A DNA stretch of 64,000 bases from Acidobacteriota bacterium (GTDB lineage: Bacteria > Acidobacteriota > Vicinamibacteria > Vicinamibacterales > JAKQTR01): positions 3,895-67,894 of the forward strand of contig JBFMFH010000057.1 in NCBI GenBank assembly GCA_040752275.1, written 5' to 3'. A program made the position numbers and the translations under genes. Position 1 is the stretch's first letter. Each line of letters starts with the position of its first letter. The notes under the pieces are model-generated. The model did no database searches. It saw nothing but the letters and a program-made list of their open reading frames with translations, and was not told where the DNA came from. Of this stretch, positions 31,160 to 41,130 are shown in pieces.

Positions 31160-34100
31160 ATGCGGCTCGCTGACAGTCGCGACTCATGGTGGCGACCCCT
31201 TGCCGGTGCAATGCTGGCCGCGGCCGTCGTGGCCGCCGGCGGGCGCGCGTACGAGAGGCGCCATCTCGGGTGGGACGATGCCGATGGCATCCGCCGGGTG
31301 GCCGGAGAGGTCCAGCGAGCGGTCGCCGCCGAGGCGCGGGCCCTCGAAGCACGGGCCGTGGACTTGGCCGGCATGGTCGCCGGGCTGTCACCCTCGCCCG
31401 TCGATCCGGGCGCGACCAGGCTGATCTTCGAGTCGTTCGCCAACAGCCGGCTGGATGCCGCCCATGGCGGCCAGATCTCCATCACCCTGTACAGCTTCGA
31501 AGGCACCCCGATTGCGTGGAGCGGACGCCCGTCGGATCTGCCGAGGTCCCGCCTGACGTCCGGACGGTCGATCTTCGTCGCGCCGGGCCCATTGGGCCCC
31601 AGGCTGGTGGCACTCGAGCCCGTCATGCGGACAACCGGTTCGGACCCGCGGCCGGCCGGCTCGGTGGCCGTCGAGCGGCTCCTCCCGGCCGAACGATCGC
31701 CGGGACCGGTTTCCCTGCGTGACACGGCCACGTGGCCCACCGCGCTCGTCCCGGTCGAACTGCGGACCCGGTACGAGCGCGCGGGTGCCGGACAGGGCCC
31801 TGAGAGCTTCCTCGTCACGACCGACGCCGGCGAGATCCTGCTCGAGGGCCGCGTCGCGCCGGAAGCGGTGGCGCATGCCAGGAGCCGCGTGCGGCGAGTG
31901 GCACTCGGTTCGATCCTCTTTCTCGCCGCGATCGTGTGCGGGGTCGCCCTGTTGCCACTGGCCTCGCTTGCCCGACACGGCCCAGGCGTCGCTCGGGCCG
32001 CTGGAGGGGCCGTCGGCGCGCTGGCCGCGATTGCCGGCTTCCGGCTCCTCTCGTGGCTCGCCCTTCCGCTCGTCGTGCCCGTCGATGCGCGCGATCCATG
32101 GCTCGCCTCGCCCGAGTTGCTTCGAGACCTCCTGCGCTCACCACTCGACGTCGTGTTCCACGCCTCGGCCATCCTGGCCCTTGGCGCCCTGCTCGTCTCG
32201 GCGTCAGGCCCCTTGCGGGCGGCGATGCGATCGGGCGGTCGGGTGACGGTGGCGCGACGTTCGTTGCCGTTCCTGTTCACATCGATCCACCTCGCCGCCG
32301 GAATGACGGCGGGTGCGTTCCTGGTTCTGCATCTGTGGTGGCTGCGGGCACTGGCGTTCTCGAACCGGGCCGATCTGCTGGTCTTTTCGTTCCAGCCCTG
32401 GAACAGGGATCGGCTGTCCCTCCTGGTCGGTCTCGTGCTTGGGCACGCCGGCCTGGCGTGGAGTGCCCTCGGTCTGTTCCGCATCGCCGACGGACTGGCC
32501 CACCCGGGGCCCGAACCGGGCCGGCGCGTCGTGCGGGTCCTCGGATGGGTCGCGCCCTCGCTGGCCGCCCTGGCGTTCCTGCCAGTGGGCGACATCGGCG
32601 ACCGCATCGCGTCGCTGGCGTGGCCCGTCGTTGCCGTCGCGCTTGTTGCGCTCAGATGGCCCGCGCTCGCCAGACGGCACCGCCATGCGGCCCAGGCCGC
32701 CCGTCTGGCCGGCCTCTTTGTCGCACTCGTGCTGCCGTCGGTCGTTCTCTACCCGTCCGTGTTCCGCGAGGCCACCAGCGCCAAGCGTCAGTTCATCGCC
32801 GATCGCCTCGCGCCCGACGCGCTGCGCCTGAGAGACGATCTCAAGTCGAGTGTGGACCAGGCCGCCGGCCAGATCGACGCCATGCCTGGCCTTGCAGACC
32901 TCGTGGAGAGCACCGGGGCCAGCGATGTGGAGGCACCGTCGACCGACGCGGCGTTTCTCGTGTGGTCCCAGACGGATCTCGCCCTCAATCGCCTCACCTC
33001 GGCCGTCGAACTCTACCGGGCCGACGGGACGCTGGTCAGCCGGTTCGCCCTGAACCTGCCCGAGTACACCTCGGCCCCGCAGAAGTGGCAGGAAACCAGT
33101 TGCACGTGGGATTCCTTCGAGGAGGTCTCTCCGATTGGCTCCGAAGAGCGTCGTCTGTTGCACGCCGGGCGCGGCATCTGCGTGGGCGACGGCAGCAACC
33201 ACACGATGGTCGGCGCCATCGTGATCCACGCGATGCTCGATTACGCGGTTCTGCCGTTCATCCAATCCCAGAACCCGTATATCGAGCTGCTGCGCAGCTC
33301 CCGCACCCCCGTTGCCGGTTCCGCGGCGGCTCGCCACGTTGACTTCGCCGTCTATGGATGGAGCCGCCAGGCCCTCTACGCGTCCGGCCAGAGCGCCTGG
33401 ACAATCGACCAAGCCACGTTCTCGCGCATCTATGCGACGCGGGATCCGTTCTGGGTCGTGCTGCCGGAAGGCGGCCGCTCCTGGAACGTATACTTCGCCA
33501 ACGACCGGGGCGGCATCTACGCGCTCGGGTTCCCGGACTCGTCGGCCATCGACCACCTCGTGAACCTGGCGGAATTGACGACGCTGGCCGGGACGACCTT
33601 CGTGGCCTTGCTGTTCCTGAGCGGTCTCGCCTCGGCCGCCACTGGTCGGGCCGGGGCACGGGGGCGTGAGGTACTGCGCGAGATTCGCGCGAGTTTCTAC
33701 CGGAAGCTCTTCCTCGCCTTCGTGGCGGCCGCACTCATCCCCGTGCTCGCACTGGCCCTGGTGGCAAGGGCGTATCTGAACGCGCGTCTCAGGACCGATG
33801 TCGAAGATGCGGCCGTCCGGACGACCGCCGTCGCACAGCGCGTCGTCGAGGACTACGCCCGCTTGCAGGAGCAGGCCGAGTCTGCACCCGTCGGCCTCGA
33901 CGACGATGTCCTGGTCTGGATCTCCCGCGTCATCGGCCAGGATGTCAACGTCTTTGACGGCGCGCGCCTGGCCGCGACGAGCGAGCGCGACCTGTACGCG
34001 TCCGGGCTGCTGTCCACGCGGACGCCTGCCGACGTCTACGAAGCCATCGCCCTCGATCGGCGCATGGCCCACTTCGGCGAGGAGCGGGCCGGCGCGTTCC

Positions 34101-35143
34101 GATACATGGTGGCCGCCTCGCCCGTCAGCGTCGGAGGGCGATATGCCATCCTGATCGTGCCCTTGACCCTGCGCCAGCAGGCCATCGAGCGCGAGATCGG
34201 CGAGCTCAACCGCCGCATCCTGCTCGGCGTCCTTCTCTTCATCCTCGGAGGGGCCGGACTCGGCTACTGGATGGCGGAGCGGATTGCCGACCCCGTCAAC
34301 CGCCTGCAGCGCGCGACGGCTCGCCTCGCCAGTGGAGATCTGAGCGCCCGAGTCGCGCTGACGTCGTCGGACGAGCTGCGGCGTCTGGTCGAAGCGTTCA
34401 ACGCCATGGCCGCCGAGCTCCAGCGCCAGCAGGGAGAGCTGGAGCGGACGCACCGCCTGGAGGCGTGGGCCGACATGGCGAGGCAGGTCGCTCACGAGAT
34501 CAAGAACCCGCTCACCCCGATCCAGCTGTCGGCCGAGCACCTCAGGCGCGTTCACACCGATCGGGGCGCGCCCCTCTCACCCGTGCTCGAAGGCTGCATC
34601 GACTCGATCCTGACGCAGGTGCGCCTGCTGCGGCACATCGCCGGCGAGTTCTCGAGCTTTGCCTCGTCGCCGACGCCGCGGCCGGTGCCCACCAGGCCGG
34701 CCGAACTCGTGGCCGAGGTCGTGGAACCCTATCGGGCCGGACTCTCCGGGCGGGTCGGCTTGTCTGTCGACGTCCCCGCCGGGTTGCCCCCGCTGGCGGT
34801 CGACCGGTCACTGGTCGGCGGAGCGCTCACCAATCTGATCGACAACGCCCTGCACGCGATGCCGACTGGCGGGCACCTGAGCATCGAAGGGCGCCTGGTG
34901 TCGGACGCCGCTGCGGTGAAATTGGCGGTGCGTGACACCGGCGTCGGGATGGACCCGGACGCGCTCGCCCACATCTTCGAACCGTACTTCTCGACGAAGG
35001 CGGCCGGCACCGGCCTCGGCCTGACGATTGCCAAGCGCAACGTGGAGTTGCACGGCGGCGCCATCACCATCGAGTCGCAGCCCGGGCGCGGAACCACCGT
35101 CACTCTCACGCTGCCGCTCGCGCCCGGCGTGCGACAGACCTGA
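31160..35143 (+). CDS. Large multi-TM sensor histidine kinase (NtrY-like transmitter)
   Basis: ORF 31097..35143. HAMP (RLASGDLSARV..DELRRLVEAFNAMA), H-box AHEIKNPLTPIQLSAE, N box DNALHAM, G boxes DTGVGM and GTGLGLTIAK. Start uncertain (31097, 31160 or 31211). Confidence 0.85.
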   Translation: MRLADSRDSWWRPLAGAMLAAAVVAAGGRAYERRHLGWDDADGIRRVAGEVQRAVAAEARALEARAVDLAGMVAGLSPSPVDPGATRLIFESFANSRLDAAHGGQISITLYSFEGTPIAWSGRPSDLPRSRLTSGRSIFVAPGPLGPRLVALEPVMRTTGSDPRPAGSVAVERLLPAERSPGPVSLRDTATWPTALVPVELRTRYERAGAGQGPESFLVTTDAGEILLEGRVAPEAVAHARSRVRRVALGSILFLAAIVCGVALLPLASLARHGPGVARAAGGAVGALAAIAGFRLLSWLALPLVVPVDARDPWLASPELLRDLLRSPLDVVFHASAILALGALLVSASGPLRAAMRSGGRVTVARRSLPFLFTSIHLAAGMTAGAFLVLHLWWLRALAFSNRADLLVFSFQPWNRDRLSLLVGLVLGHAGLAWSALGLFRIADGLAHPGPEPGRRVVRVLGWVAPSLAALAFLPVGDIGDRIASLAWPVVAVALVALRWPALARRHRHAAQAARLAGLFVALVLPSVVLYPSVFREATSAKRQFIADRLAPDALRLRDDLKSSVDQAAGQIDAMPGLADLVESTGASDVEAPSTDAAFLVWSQTDLALNRLTSAVELYRADGTLVSRFALNLPEYTSAPQKWQETSCTWDSFEEVSPIGSEERRLLHAGRGICVGDGSNHTMVGAIVIHAMLDYAVLPFIQSQNPYIELLRSSRTPVAGSAAARHVDFAVYGWSRQALYASGQSAWTIDQATFSRIYATRDPFWVVLPEGGRSWNVYFANDRGGIYALGFPDSSAIDHLVNLAELTTLAGTTFVALLFLSGLASAATGRAGARGREVLREIRASFYRKLFLAFVAAALIPVLALALVARAYLNARLRTDVEDAAVRTTAVAQRVVEDYARLQEQAESAPVGLDDDVLVWISRVIGQDVNVFDGARLAATSERDLYASGLLSTRTPADVYEAIALDRRMAHFGEERAGAFRYMVAASPVSVGGRYAILIVPLTLRQQAIEREIGELNRRILLGVLLFILGGAGLGYWMAERIADPVNRLQRATARLASGDLSARVALTSSDELRRLVEAFNAMAAELQRQQGELERTHRLEAWADMARQVAHEIKNPLTPIQLSAEHLRRVHTDRGAPLSPVLEGCIDSILTQVRLLRHIAGEFSSFASSPTPRPVPTRPAELVAEVVEPYRAGLSGRVGLSVDVPAGLPPLAVDRSLVGGALTNLIDNALHAMPTGGHLSIEGRLVSDAAAVKLAVRDTGVGMDPDALAHIFEPYFSTKAAGTGLGLTIAKRNVELHGGAITIESQPGRGTTVTLTLPLAPGVRQT

Positions 35144-35191
35144 GGTCGGGACGCGCGCCGGCGGGCGCCACCAGACGGGCGGGTCCCCGCC

Positions 35192-35941
35192 TCACTCGGC
35201 AGCCGGCGTCTCGGGGGCCGAGCGGGGCTCTGGCGAGCGGCGCCTGAGGCGTGTCCAGGCCCAGGACGACACTCCCCACGTGAGGTAGGCGTAGGCCAGC
35301 ACGAGGAGCACGGTCGGAGGGTGCCATTGCACCACCGCGATCACGATGGCCAGCAGTGCCAGTACCTTGTACGAGCGGCTGACCCGCATATCCGCCTTGA
35401 AGCTGCGGAACCGGATGGTGCTGACCATCAGCAGCGCAGGGACGACCATGACCACGGCAGCGATGAAGGCTCCCGGTCGATCCGCGAAGCCAGGTGGATA
35501 GAAGTACGCCGTCGACGCCGGAATCGCGGCCGCGGCAGGACTCGGCAGGCCAACGAAGAACCGCTTGTCGAGCGCAGACGCGCTCTGGATGTTGAATCGC
35601 GCCAGCCGCATGGCCGCCGCCGTCACGTAGATGAACCCGACCGCCCATCCGAGCCGGTTCAACGGCTGCAACCCCCACTGGAACATGAGAATCGCCGGCG
35701 CAATCCCGAACGAGATGATATCAGCCAGGGAATCGAACTCGAGGCCGAAGGCGCTGGTGGTACCCGTCAGCCGCGCGATCCGGCCGTCCAGCATGTCGAG
35801 CACGATGGCGATGCCGATGAGCGGCGCCGCGATCTCCAAGTTGCCTCGCATCGCATAGAGAATCGACGCGTACCCGCAGAAGAGGTTGCCCAGCGTCAGC
35901 AGGCTCGGCAGGATGTAGACGCCACGGCGCACTCTCACCAT
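35192..35941 (-). CDS. pssA: CDP-diacylglycerol-serine O-phosphatidyltransferase
   Basis: Trimmed to MVRVRRGVYILPSLLTLGNL. CDP-alcohol motif DMLDGRIARLTGTTSAFGLEFDSLAD. Confidence 0.88.
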   Translation of the reverse strand: MVRVRRGVYILPSLLTLGNLFCGYASILYAMRGNLEIAAPLIGIAIVLDMLDGRIARLTGTTSAFGLEFDSLADIISFGIAPAILMFQWGLQPLNRLGWAVGFIYVTAAAMRLARFNIQSASALDKRFFVGLPSPAAAAIPASTAYFYPPGFADRPGAFIAAVVMVVPALLMVSTIRFRSFKADMRVSRSYKVLALLAIVIAVVQWHPPTVLLVLAYAYLTWGVSSWAWTRLRRRSPEPRSAPETPAAE

Positions 35942-36558
35942 GTCGCCACGACCGTTTCTCCGCCCCGGACGCGGTCGCCGACTCGGACCTTCAGCACGAC
36001 CTCCGGCGGCAGGAACAGGTCGAAGCGCGACCCGAACTTCATCAGCCCGTATCGCTCGCCCGTGCTGACCATGGCTCCCTCCCTCGTGCGGCACACGAGC
36101 CGCCGCGCGAGGATCCCCACGACCTGGCGGCACACCACCTGGCGACCCTCGCGGTCGATCCAGATCTCGTTGCGTTCGTTCGCCGACGCCGCCCCCGCGC
36201 GATACGCGGGCAGAAAGCGGCCTGGCGTGTAGACGATGCGCGTCACGCGTCCGCCAGACGGGATCCGGTTGATGTGCACGTCGAGGGGCGACAGGAAGAT
36301 GCTGATCTGCATCCACCGGCCCGCGGGGGCGGACGCCGGGTCCGCGTCGCCGGCCACGAGCACGCGCCCGTCGGCCGGCGAAACAACCACGCGGTCACCA
36401 GCAGGCACCGTGCGAGCCGGATCGCGGAAGAAGAACACGAAGAAACCCGCGGCACCCCCGCACGCGACCGCCATCACCGGCCAGCCGAGCGCGGCAGCAA
36501 CAACGGCCGCGATGAATGCGGGGGCGACGAAGGGCCACCCGGCCCGGTCCATCGTCAT
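35935..36558 (-). CDS. psd: Phosphatidylserine decarboxylase (short archaeal-type proenzyme)
   Basis: Trimmed to MTMDRAGWPFV. Self-cleavage region MKFGSRFDL. Overlaps the pssA start by 7 nt. Confidence 0.85.
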   Translation of the reverse strand: MTMDRAGWPFVAPAFIAAVVAAALGWPVMAVACGGAAGFFVFFFRDPARTVPAGDRVVVSPADGRVLVAGDADPASAPAGRWMQISIFLSPLDVHINRIPSGGRVTRIVYTPGRFLPAYRAGAASANERNEIWIDREGRQVVCRQVVGILARRLVCRTREGAMVSTGERYGLMKFGSRFDLFLPPEVVLKVRVGDRVRGGETVVATW

Positions 36559-36605
36559 CGTGGCAACTATTGTAGCAGTGCGCCCGCCAAGCGCCGTACA
36601 GGACA

Positions 36606-36638
36606 ACAGCCAGCGCCCCGTCGGGGAACGCTGGCTGT
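36606..36638 (-). terminator. Strong hairpin between DUF465 gene and psd
   Basis: ACAGCCAGCG-CCCC-gtc-GGGG-aa-CGCTGGCTGT, a 10-bp outer plus 4-bp inner stem. No U-tract follows on the minus strand. Confidence 0.35.
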
Positions 36639-36685
36639 CGATGCTCATGCGGGCGGTGTGTCCGGCCCACCCACGGCGAACCCGG

Positions 36686-36934
36686 CTACGCCGACATCTG
36701 CTGAGGCCCTCCGATCGTCCGCATCCGCCGGAGGATGTCCTCCATCCGGTCCTTCAACTGGAGCTTGCGCTTCTTGATAGTCATCTGCTCGACTTGCTCT
36801 GGTTCGGAAAGGAAGGGCTTGCGGGCAAGTTCGGAAAGGCGATCCTCCAATTCGCGGTGCCGTGTGGCGAGCTGACGGAACTCTTCGTCGGTCTTGAGCA
36901 ACATGGATCGGAGATCCTGTGCGTCTGCCGTCAT
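36686..36934 (-). CDS. DUF465 (YdcH-like) small coiled-coil protein
   Basis: 82 aa; EEFRQLATRHRELEDRLSEL..PEQVEQMTIKKRKLQLKD. SD AAGGAGG precedes the ATG. Confidence 0.7.
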   Translation of the reverse strand: MTADAQDLRSMLLKTDEEFRQLATRHRELEDRLSELARKPFLSEPEQVEQMTIKKRKLQLKDRMEDILRRMRTIGGPQQMSA

Positions 36935-37089
36935 GCTGTTCGCCTCCTTGTCTCAGAGCTGAAACGTGCGTGTGTCATCCGGTGCAGGAACATCGCAGGC
37001 GACCCGATTAGGCGAGATGGCACCCCGGCTGCTTCCCGGGCGCTGTCAGGTAGCTAGTACCGGCACGCTATCACAAGGCCCATACCCAT

Positions 37090-37569
37090 TCAAGGGGCTG
37101 GATTCAATCCAATCTGTTGGATCTCGGCCGTCATCACCACACCGTCGTCCGATGGCGCCGAGTAGTATCCGCGCCTGACCATCACCTCGGTAAACCCAAG
37201 CGATCCGTAGAGCCTCCGGGCAGGTCGATTCGCCGCTCGGACCTCCAGCCATGCCCGCCGCGCGCCCCGGCGACGCCCCTCGTCGAGCGCCGCTATCACC
37301 AGGGCCCGGCCGATCCCGCCCCGGCGCCGGTCAGATCGCACGGCCACGTTGTTGATGTGCAGCTCGTCGGCAACCGCCCAGCACGCACAGTAGCCGGACA
37401 CATCGCCCCCATCTCCTCGGGCGACGAGGATGAAGCTCCGCTCGGGTCTTCGGAGTTCATCCTCGTACATGGCCTTGGTCCACGGACGACTGAAGCTGAC
37501 GATGTCGATGGCGAGGATGTCCTCGAGATCGGACTCGTGCCGAAGGTGGTCGATGCGCACCGGCGTCAT
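37090..37569 (-). CDS. rimI: Ribosomal-protein-alanine N-acetyltransferase RimI
   Basis: Trimmed to [14 protein letters not shown] motif VRSDRRRGGIGRAL. 4-nt overlap with tsaB. Confidence 0.85.
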   Translation of the reverse strand: MTPVRIDHLRHESDLEDILAIDIVSFSRPWTKAMYEDELRRPERSFILVARGDGGDVSGYCACWAVADELHINNVAVRSDRRRGGIGRALVIAALDEGRRRGARRAWLEVRAANRPARRLYGSLGFTEVMVRRGYYSAPSDDGVVMTAEIQQIGLNPAP

Positions 37570-38303
37570 GACCCGGCCTGGCGCCGGTCTCGCACAAGCT
37601 CCGCATCCGGCCGCCTGACGTAGATCGGCGCGATCGCGTGGGGAAGGAACATCCCGCCCTCTGCGTACCGGCGACACGCGAGACGGGCCACTGCGGGTGC
37701 GATCGGGAGCGGCGGCTCCAGCATCCCGGAGAGCAGGCTGCCGAGGTGCTGTTCGATCAGGGACCGATAGCGTACTGCCCCGCTTCCTGCGGCGACCAGG
37801 CCACCCCACTTCGCCTCGATCCGCCACCTCCTCGCGACGTCGGCCGGCGGCGCTGCGACCGGTTCGTCCAACGTCGTCAATGCCACCTCTCCGCCCGCTT
37901 CGAGTCTGACCAAGTAGACCCCTGAGAACACCTCGTTGCGCTGCGCATCCATCCAGGCAGCCACGGTGTGCGCGCCCGCGCCAAGTCTCTCGGCAGCGGT
38001 GAGAGCCAGGGCCTCCAGCGCCGAGACGCCGATCAGCGGCCGGCCGCTCGCGAACGCGAGGCCCTGCATGGTGGCGATCCCGATGCGAAGACCGGTGAAC
38101 GACCCCGGCCCGGCCGCAACGGCGAGCAGATCGAGGTCCGACAACTCCCGGCCGTGGCGACCGACCAGGCCAACGAGGTCGGCCGGCAGCCGGCAGGCGT
38201 GCGGCTGTGACTCGTCGCCAACGTAACACTCGAGCACCCGGTCGCCATGGGCCAGGGCCATGCTGCCGGCCTTCGCCGTCGTATCCAACGCCAGGACCAG
38301 CAT
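37566..38303 (-). CDS. tsaB: tRNA t6A37 biosynthesis protein TsaB
   Basis: Trimmed to [17 protein letters not shown]. Motif [11 protein letters not shown]. Confidence 0.88.
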   Translation of the reverse strand: MLVLALDTTAKAGSMALAHGDRVLECYVGDESQPHACRLPADLVGLVGRHGRELSDLDLLAVAAGPGSFTGLRIGIATMQGLAFASGRPLIGVSALEALALTAAERLGAGAHTVAAWMDAQRNEVFSGVYLVRLEAGGEVALTTLDEPVAAPPADVARRWRIEAKWGGLVAAGSGAVRYRSLIEQHLGSLLSGMLEPPLPIAPAVARLACRRYAEGGMFLPHAIAPIYVRRPDAELVRDRRQAGS

Positions 38304-38363
38304 CTCTTGATTCTGCACCGGAGGCGCACCCGGGGCCAGTCCTCTTGTGGGCCCCTCCCCGTC

Positions 38364-38393
38364 TTGACTGGGCGCGACGCCCACTCCTATAGT
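38364..38393 (+). promoter_or_regulatory. Putative sigma70 promoter giving a leaderless mutS mRNA
   Basis: TTGACT (38364-38369), 18-nt spacer, TATAGT (38388-38393). The in-frame GTG at 38400 lies 6 nt after the -10 box. Confidence 0.4.
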
Positions 38394-38399
38394 CCGAAC

Positions 38400-41096
38400 G
38401 TGTCTTCCCCCGAGCCCTCCCGCCCGTCGATCGGCACCGCCACGCCGGCGATGAGGCAGTATCTGGAGGCCAAGCGGCAGCATCGCGACGCCATCGTGTT
38501 CTTCCGCATGGGCGATTTCTACGAGATGTTTTTCGAAGACGCCCTCGTCGCCGCACGGGCCCTGGACCTGACGCTCACGTCCCGATCCAAGGACGCCGAC
38601 GGGTCCGCGATTCCGATGTGCGGCATCCCCTACCACGCCGCCGAGTCGTATCTCGTGCGCTTGGTCAAGAAGGGCTTCCGGGTGGCAATCTGCGAGCAGG
38701 TCGAAGACCCCCGCAAGGCCAAGGGCCTGGTACGGCGGGAGGTCGTACGAGTGGTCTCCCCGGGGACCTTCACGGAGAGCGGGTACCTCGAGGCACGCGA
38801 CCAGGTGTTCCTGGCGGCCCTGGCACCATCCGGGTCGCCGGAACTGTCCTCACCGGCCGGCGCCGCCCACGCGGCTCTGCCGCCAGAACCAGTGGTGGGC
38901 GTCGCGCTCCTCGACCTGTCGACCGGCGAGTTCCAGACTGCCGAATACACCGGTCGCGACGGCCTGCAAGCACTCGCCGATGAACTCAACGTGCTGCGAC
39001 CGAGGGAAGTCCTGGTCCCCATCGACCACCGCTCGGACGATCTGATTCCGCCGGAGTTGCGGAGCGCCGCCACCGTCACCCCGGTCGAGACGTGGTACTT
39101 CGAGCTGGAGCGAGCACGCCGGCTGCTCGTCTCCCAGTTCCGGGTCCAGTCGCTCGAGGGGTTCGGCCTCGAGCCCCATGGAGCCGCCACGCGGGCTGCG
39201 GGGGCTCTCGTGCAGTACCTCCGTGATACACAGAAGGCGGACCTCGCGCACATCCGGGACGTGACGTTCCGGTCGCAGGCCGACCGGCTCGTCGTCGATC
39301 CGCTGACGATCAAGCACGTCGAACTGGTCGAGTCGATTCAGGGCGGGCGCGCCGGCTCACTGTTGGCCGAACTGGACCGGACGATGACTCCCATGGGTGC
39401 CCGCCTGCAGCGGTCATGGCTCCTGCGGCCGCTCGTGTCGCTGGAACACATCCGTGACCGGCTCGATGCGGTCGAGGAGTTCGCGTTCCGGACCACCGAT
39501 CGCGGGCGCCTGCGAGAGACGCTGAAGGCCATCCCCGACATGGAGCGTCTCGTCGCCCGGACCGCGCTCGGCACTGCCGGTCCCCGAGATCTGGTCGCCC
39601 TCCGCTCGTCGCTCGCGGCCGTGCCGCGCGTCCGTCAGCTGCTCCAGCCGTTCCAGGCCCCGCTCATCGCCAGCCTCGTCGCGGAGCTCGACGACGTGGT
39701 CGAGGTCCGCAGTGAGATCGAGCGCCTCATCATCGAGGAGCCTCCTGTCGTGGCTCGCGAAGGCGGCTTCATCCGCGACGGGGTCGACCCGGAGGTCGAC
39801 GAATTGCGTCACATTTCCCGGTCCGCGAAGCAGGTCATCGCGGACATGGAGGAGCGGGAGCGCACCCGCACGGGCATCTCGTCCCTGAAGGTGCGCTACA
39901 ACCGGGTGTTCGGGTACTACATCGAGGTGTCGAAGTCGAACCTCCGCGCCGTTCCGTCCGACTACCACCGGAAGCAGACCATCGCCGGAGGCGAACGGTT
40001 CACCACGCCGGCGCTCAAAGAGTACGAAGAGAAGGTGTTGGGAGCCGACGAGCGAATCCTGGAGCGGGAGGTCGAGATCTTCGAGGCCCTCCGCCGGGCC
40101 GTCGCCGCAGACGCACCCCGCCTGCAGGATACGGCGAGGGCCCTGGCCAGCCTCGACGTGCTCGCCGGGCTGGCCGAGACGGCCACGCTCCAGAACTACG
40201 TCAAGCCTCACGTCCACGATGGCGACGACATCAGCGTCGCCGATGGCCGCCATCCGGTCGTCGAGCGGAACTCCCCCGACCCTTTCGTGCCGAACGATGT
40301 GCAGCTGGACGGCGCCTCCCGGCAACTGCTGCTCCTCACCGGACCGAACATGGGCGGCAAGTCCACCTACCTGCGTCAGGTCGCGCTCATCTGCATCATG
40401 GCGCAATCCGGGTCGTTCGTCCCGGCCCGGGACGCAAAGATCGGCATCGTCGACCGGGTCTTCGCCCGCGTCGGCGCGTCGGACAACATCAGCCGCGGTC
40501 AGTCGACCTTCATGGTGGAGATGCAGGAGACGGCTCACATCCTCCACGCGGCCACCTCCCGCAGCCTCGTCATCCTCGACGAGATCGGCCGAGGGACCTC
40601 CACATTCGACGGCCTCAGCCTAGCGTGGGCGGTTGCCGAACACTTGGCGAACAATCGCAAGGCCCGGCCCCGGACGCTCTTTGCCACCCATTACCACGAA
40701 TTGACGGAGTTGGCCGACACGGTCCCGGGCGTCGTCAACGCGCATGTCGCGGCTCGCGAGTGGCGGGACGATATCGTATTCCTTCGCAAGGTCGTTCCGG
40801 GTCGTGCCGACCGGAGCTACGGCATCCAGGTGGCACGGCTCGCAGGACTTCCCCCGGGCGTGATTGCCCGGGCGCGGGGCATCCTCGAGGCGCTCGAGCA
40901 GGACGCGCTCGCCCGCGGCGGCCGGCCCTCCATCACGCGAAACGCCGACGATCTGCGGCGGCAGCTGGGGCTCTTCGAATCGGCCCCCGCCGATGACGGC
41001 GTCGTGCGCCGGCTGCGGGAGATCGACATCAACAGCCTGACGCCCCTCGAGGCGCTCACGCTTCTCGCGGACCTCAAGCGCGAGGTCGAAGACTGA
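38400..41096 (+). CDS. mutS: DNA mismatch repair protein MutS
   Basis: TPAMRQYLEAKRQH..FFRMGDFYEMFFEDA and Walker A GPNMGGKST. The start is taken as the GTG at 38400 inside ORF 38247..41096. Confidence 0.93.
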   Translation: MSSPEPSRPSIGTATPAMRQYLEAKRQHRDAIVFFRMGDFYEMFFEDALVAARALDLTLTSRSKDADGSAIPMCGIPYHAAESYLVRLVKKGFRVAICEQVEDPRKAKGLVRREVVRVVSPGTFTESGYLEARDQVFLAALAPSGSPELSSPAGAAHAALPPEPVVGVALLDLSTGEFQTAEYTGRDGLQALADELNVLRPREVLVPIDHRSDDLIPPELRSAATVTPVETWYFELERARRLLVSQFRVQSLEGFGLEPHGAATRAAGALVQYLRDTQKADLAHIRDVTFRSQADRLVVDPLTIKHVELVESIQGGRAGSLLAELDRTMTPMGARLQRSWLLRPLVSLEHIRDRLDAVEEFAFRTTDRGRLRETLKAIPDMERLVARTALGTAGPRDLVALRSSLAAVPRVRQLLQPFQAPLIASLVAELDDVVEVRSEIERLIIEEPPVVAREGGFIRDGVDPEVDELRHISRSAKQVIADMEERERTRTGISSLKVRYNRVFGYYIEVSKSNLRAVPSDYHRKQTIAGGERFTTPALKEYEEKVLGADERILEREVEIFEALRRAVAADAPRLQDTARALASLDVLAGLAETATLQNYVKPHVHDGDDISVADGRHPVVERNSPDPFVPNDVQLDGASRQLLLLTGPNMGGKSTYLRQVALICIMAQSGSFVPARDAKIGIVDRVFARVGASDNISRGQSTFMVEMQETAHILHAATSRSLVILDEIGRGTSTFDGLSLAWAVAEHLANNRKARPRTLFATHYHELTELADTVPGVVNAHVAAREWRDDIVFLRKVVPGRADRSYGIQVARLAGLPPGVIARARGILEALEQDALARGGRPSITRNADDLRRQLGLFESAPADDGVVRRLREIDINSLTPLEALTLLADLKREVED

Positions 41097-41130
41097 TGCG
41101 CGCGAGGGTGTTCCGACAGGACCGCCGCCC

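Noticed and set aside
37018-37034. Sigma-54-type promoter match TGGCAC-N5-cTGCT on the plus strand, in the spacer between the DUF465 gene and rimI.
   Set aside because: It points into the antisense strand of rimI/tsaB, with no plus-strand gene until mutS 1.4 kb away. A 9-position match is expected by chance about once in a window of this size and composition.
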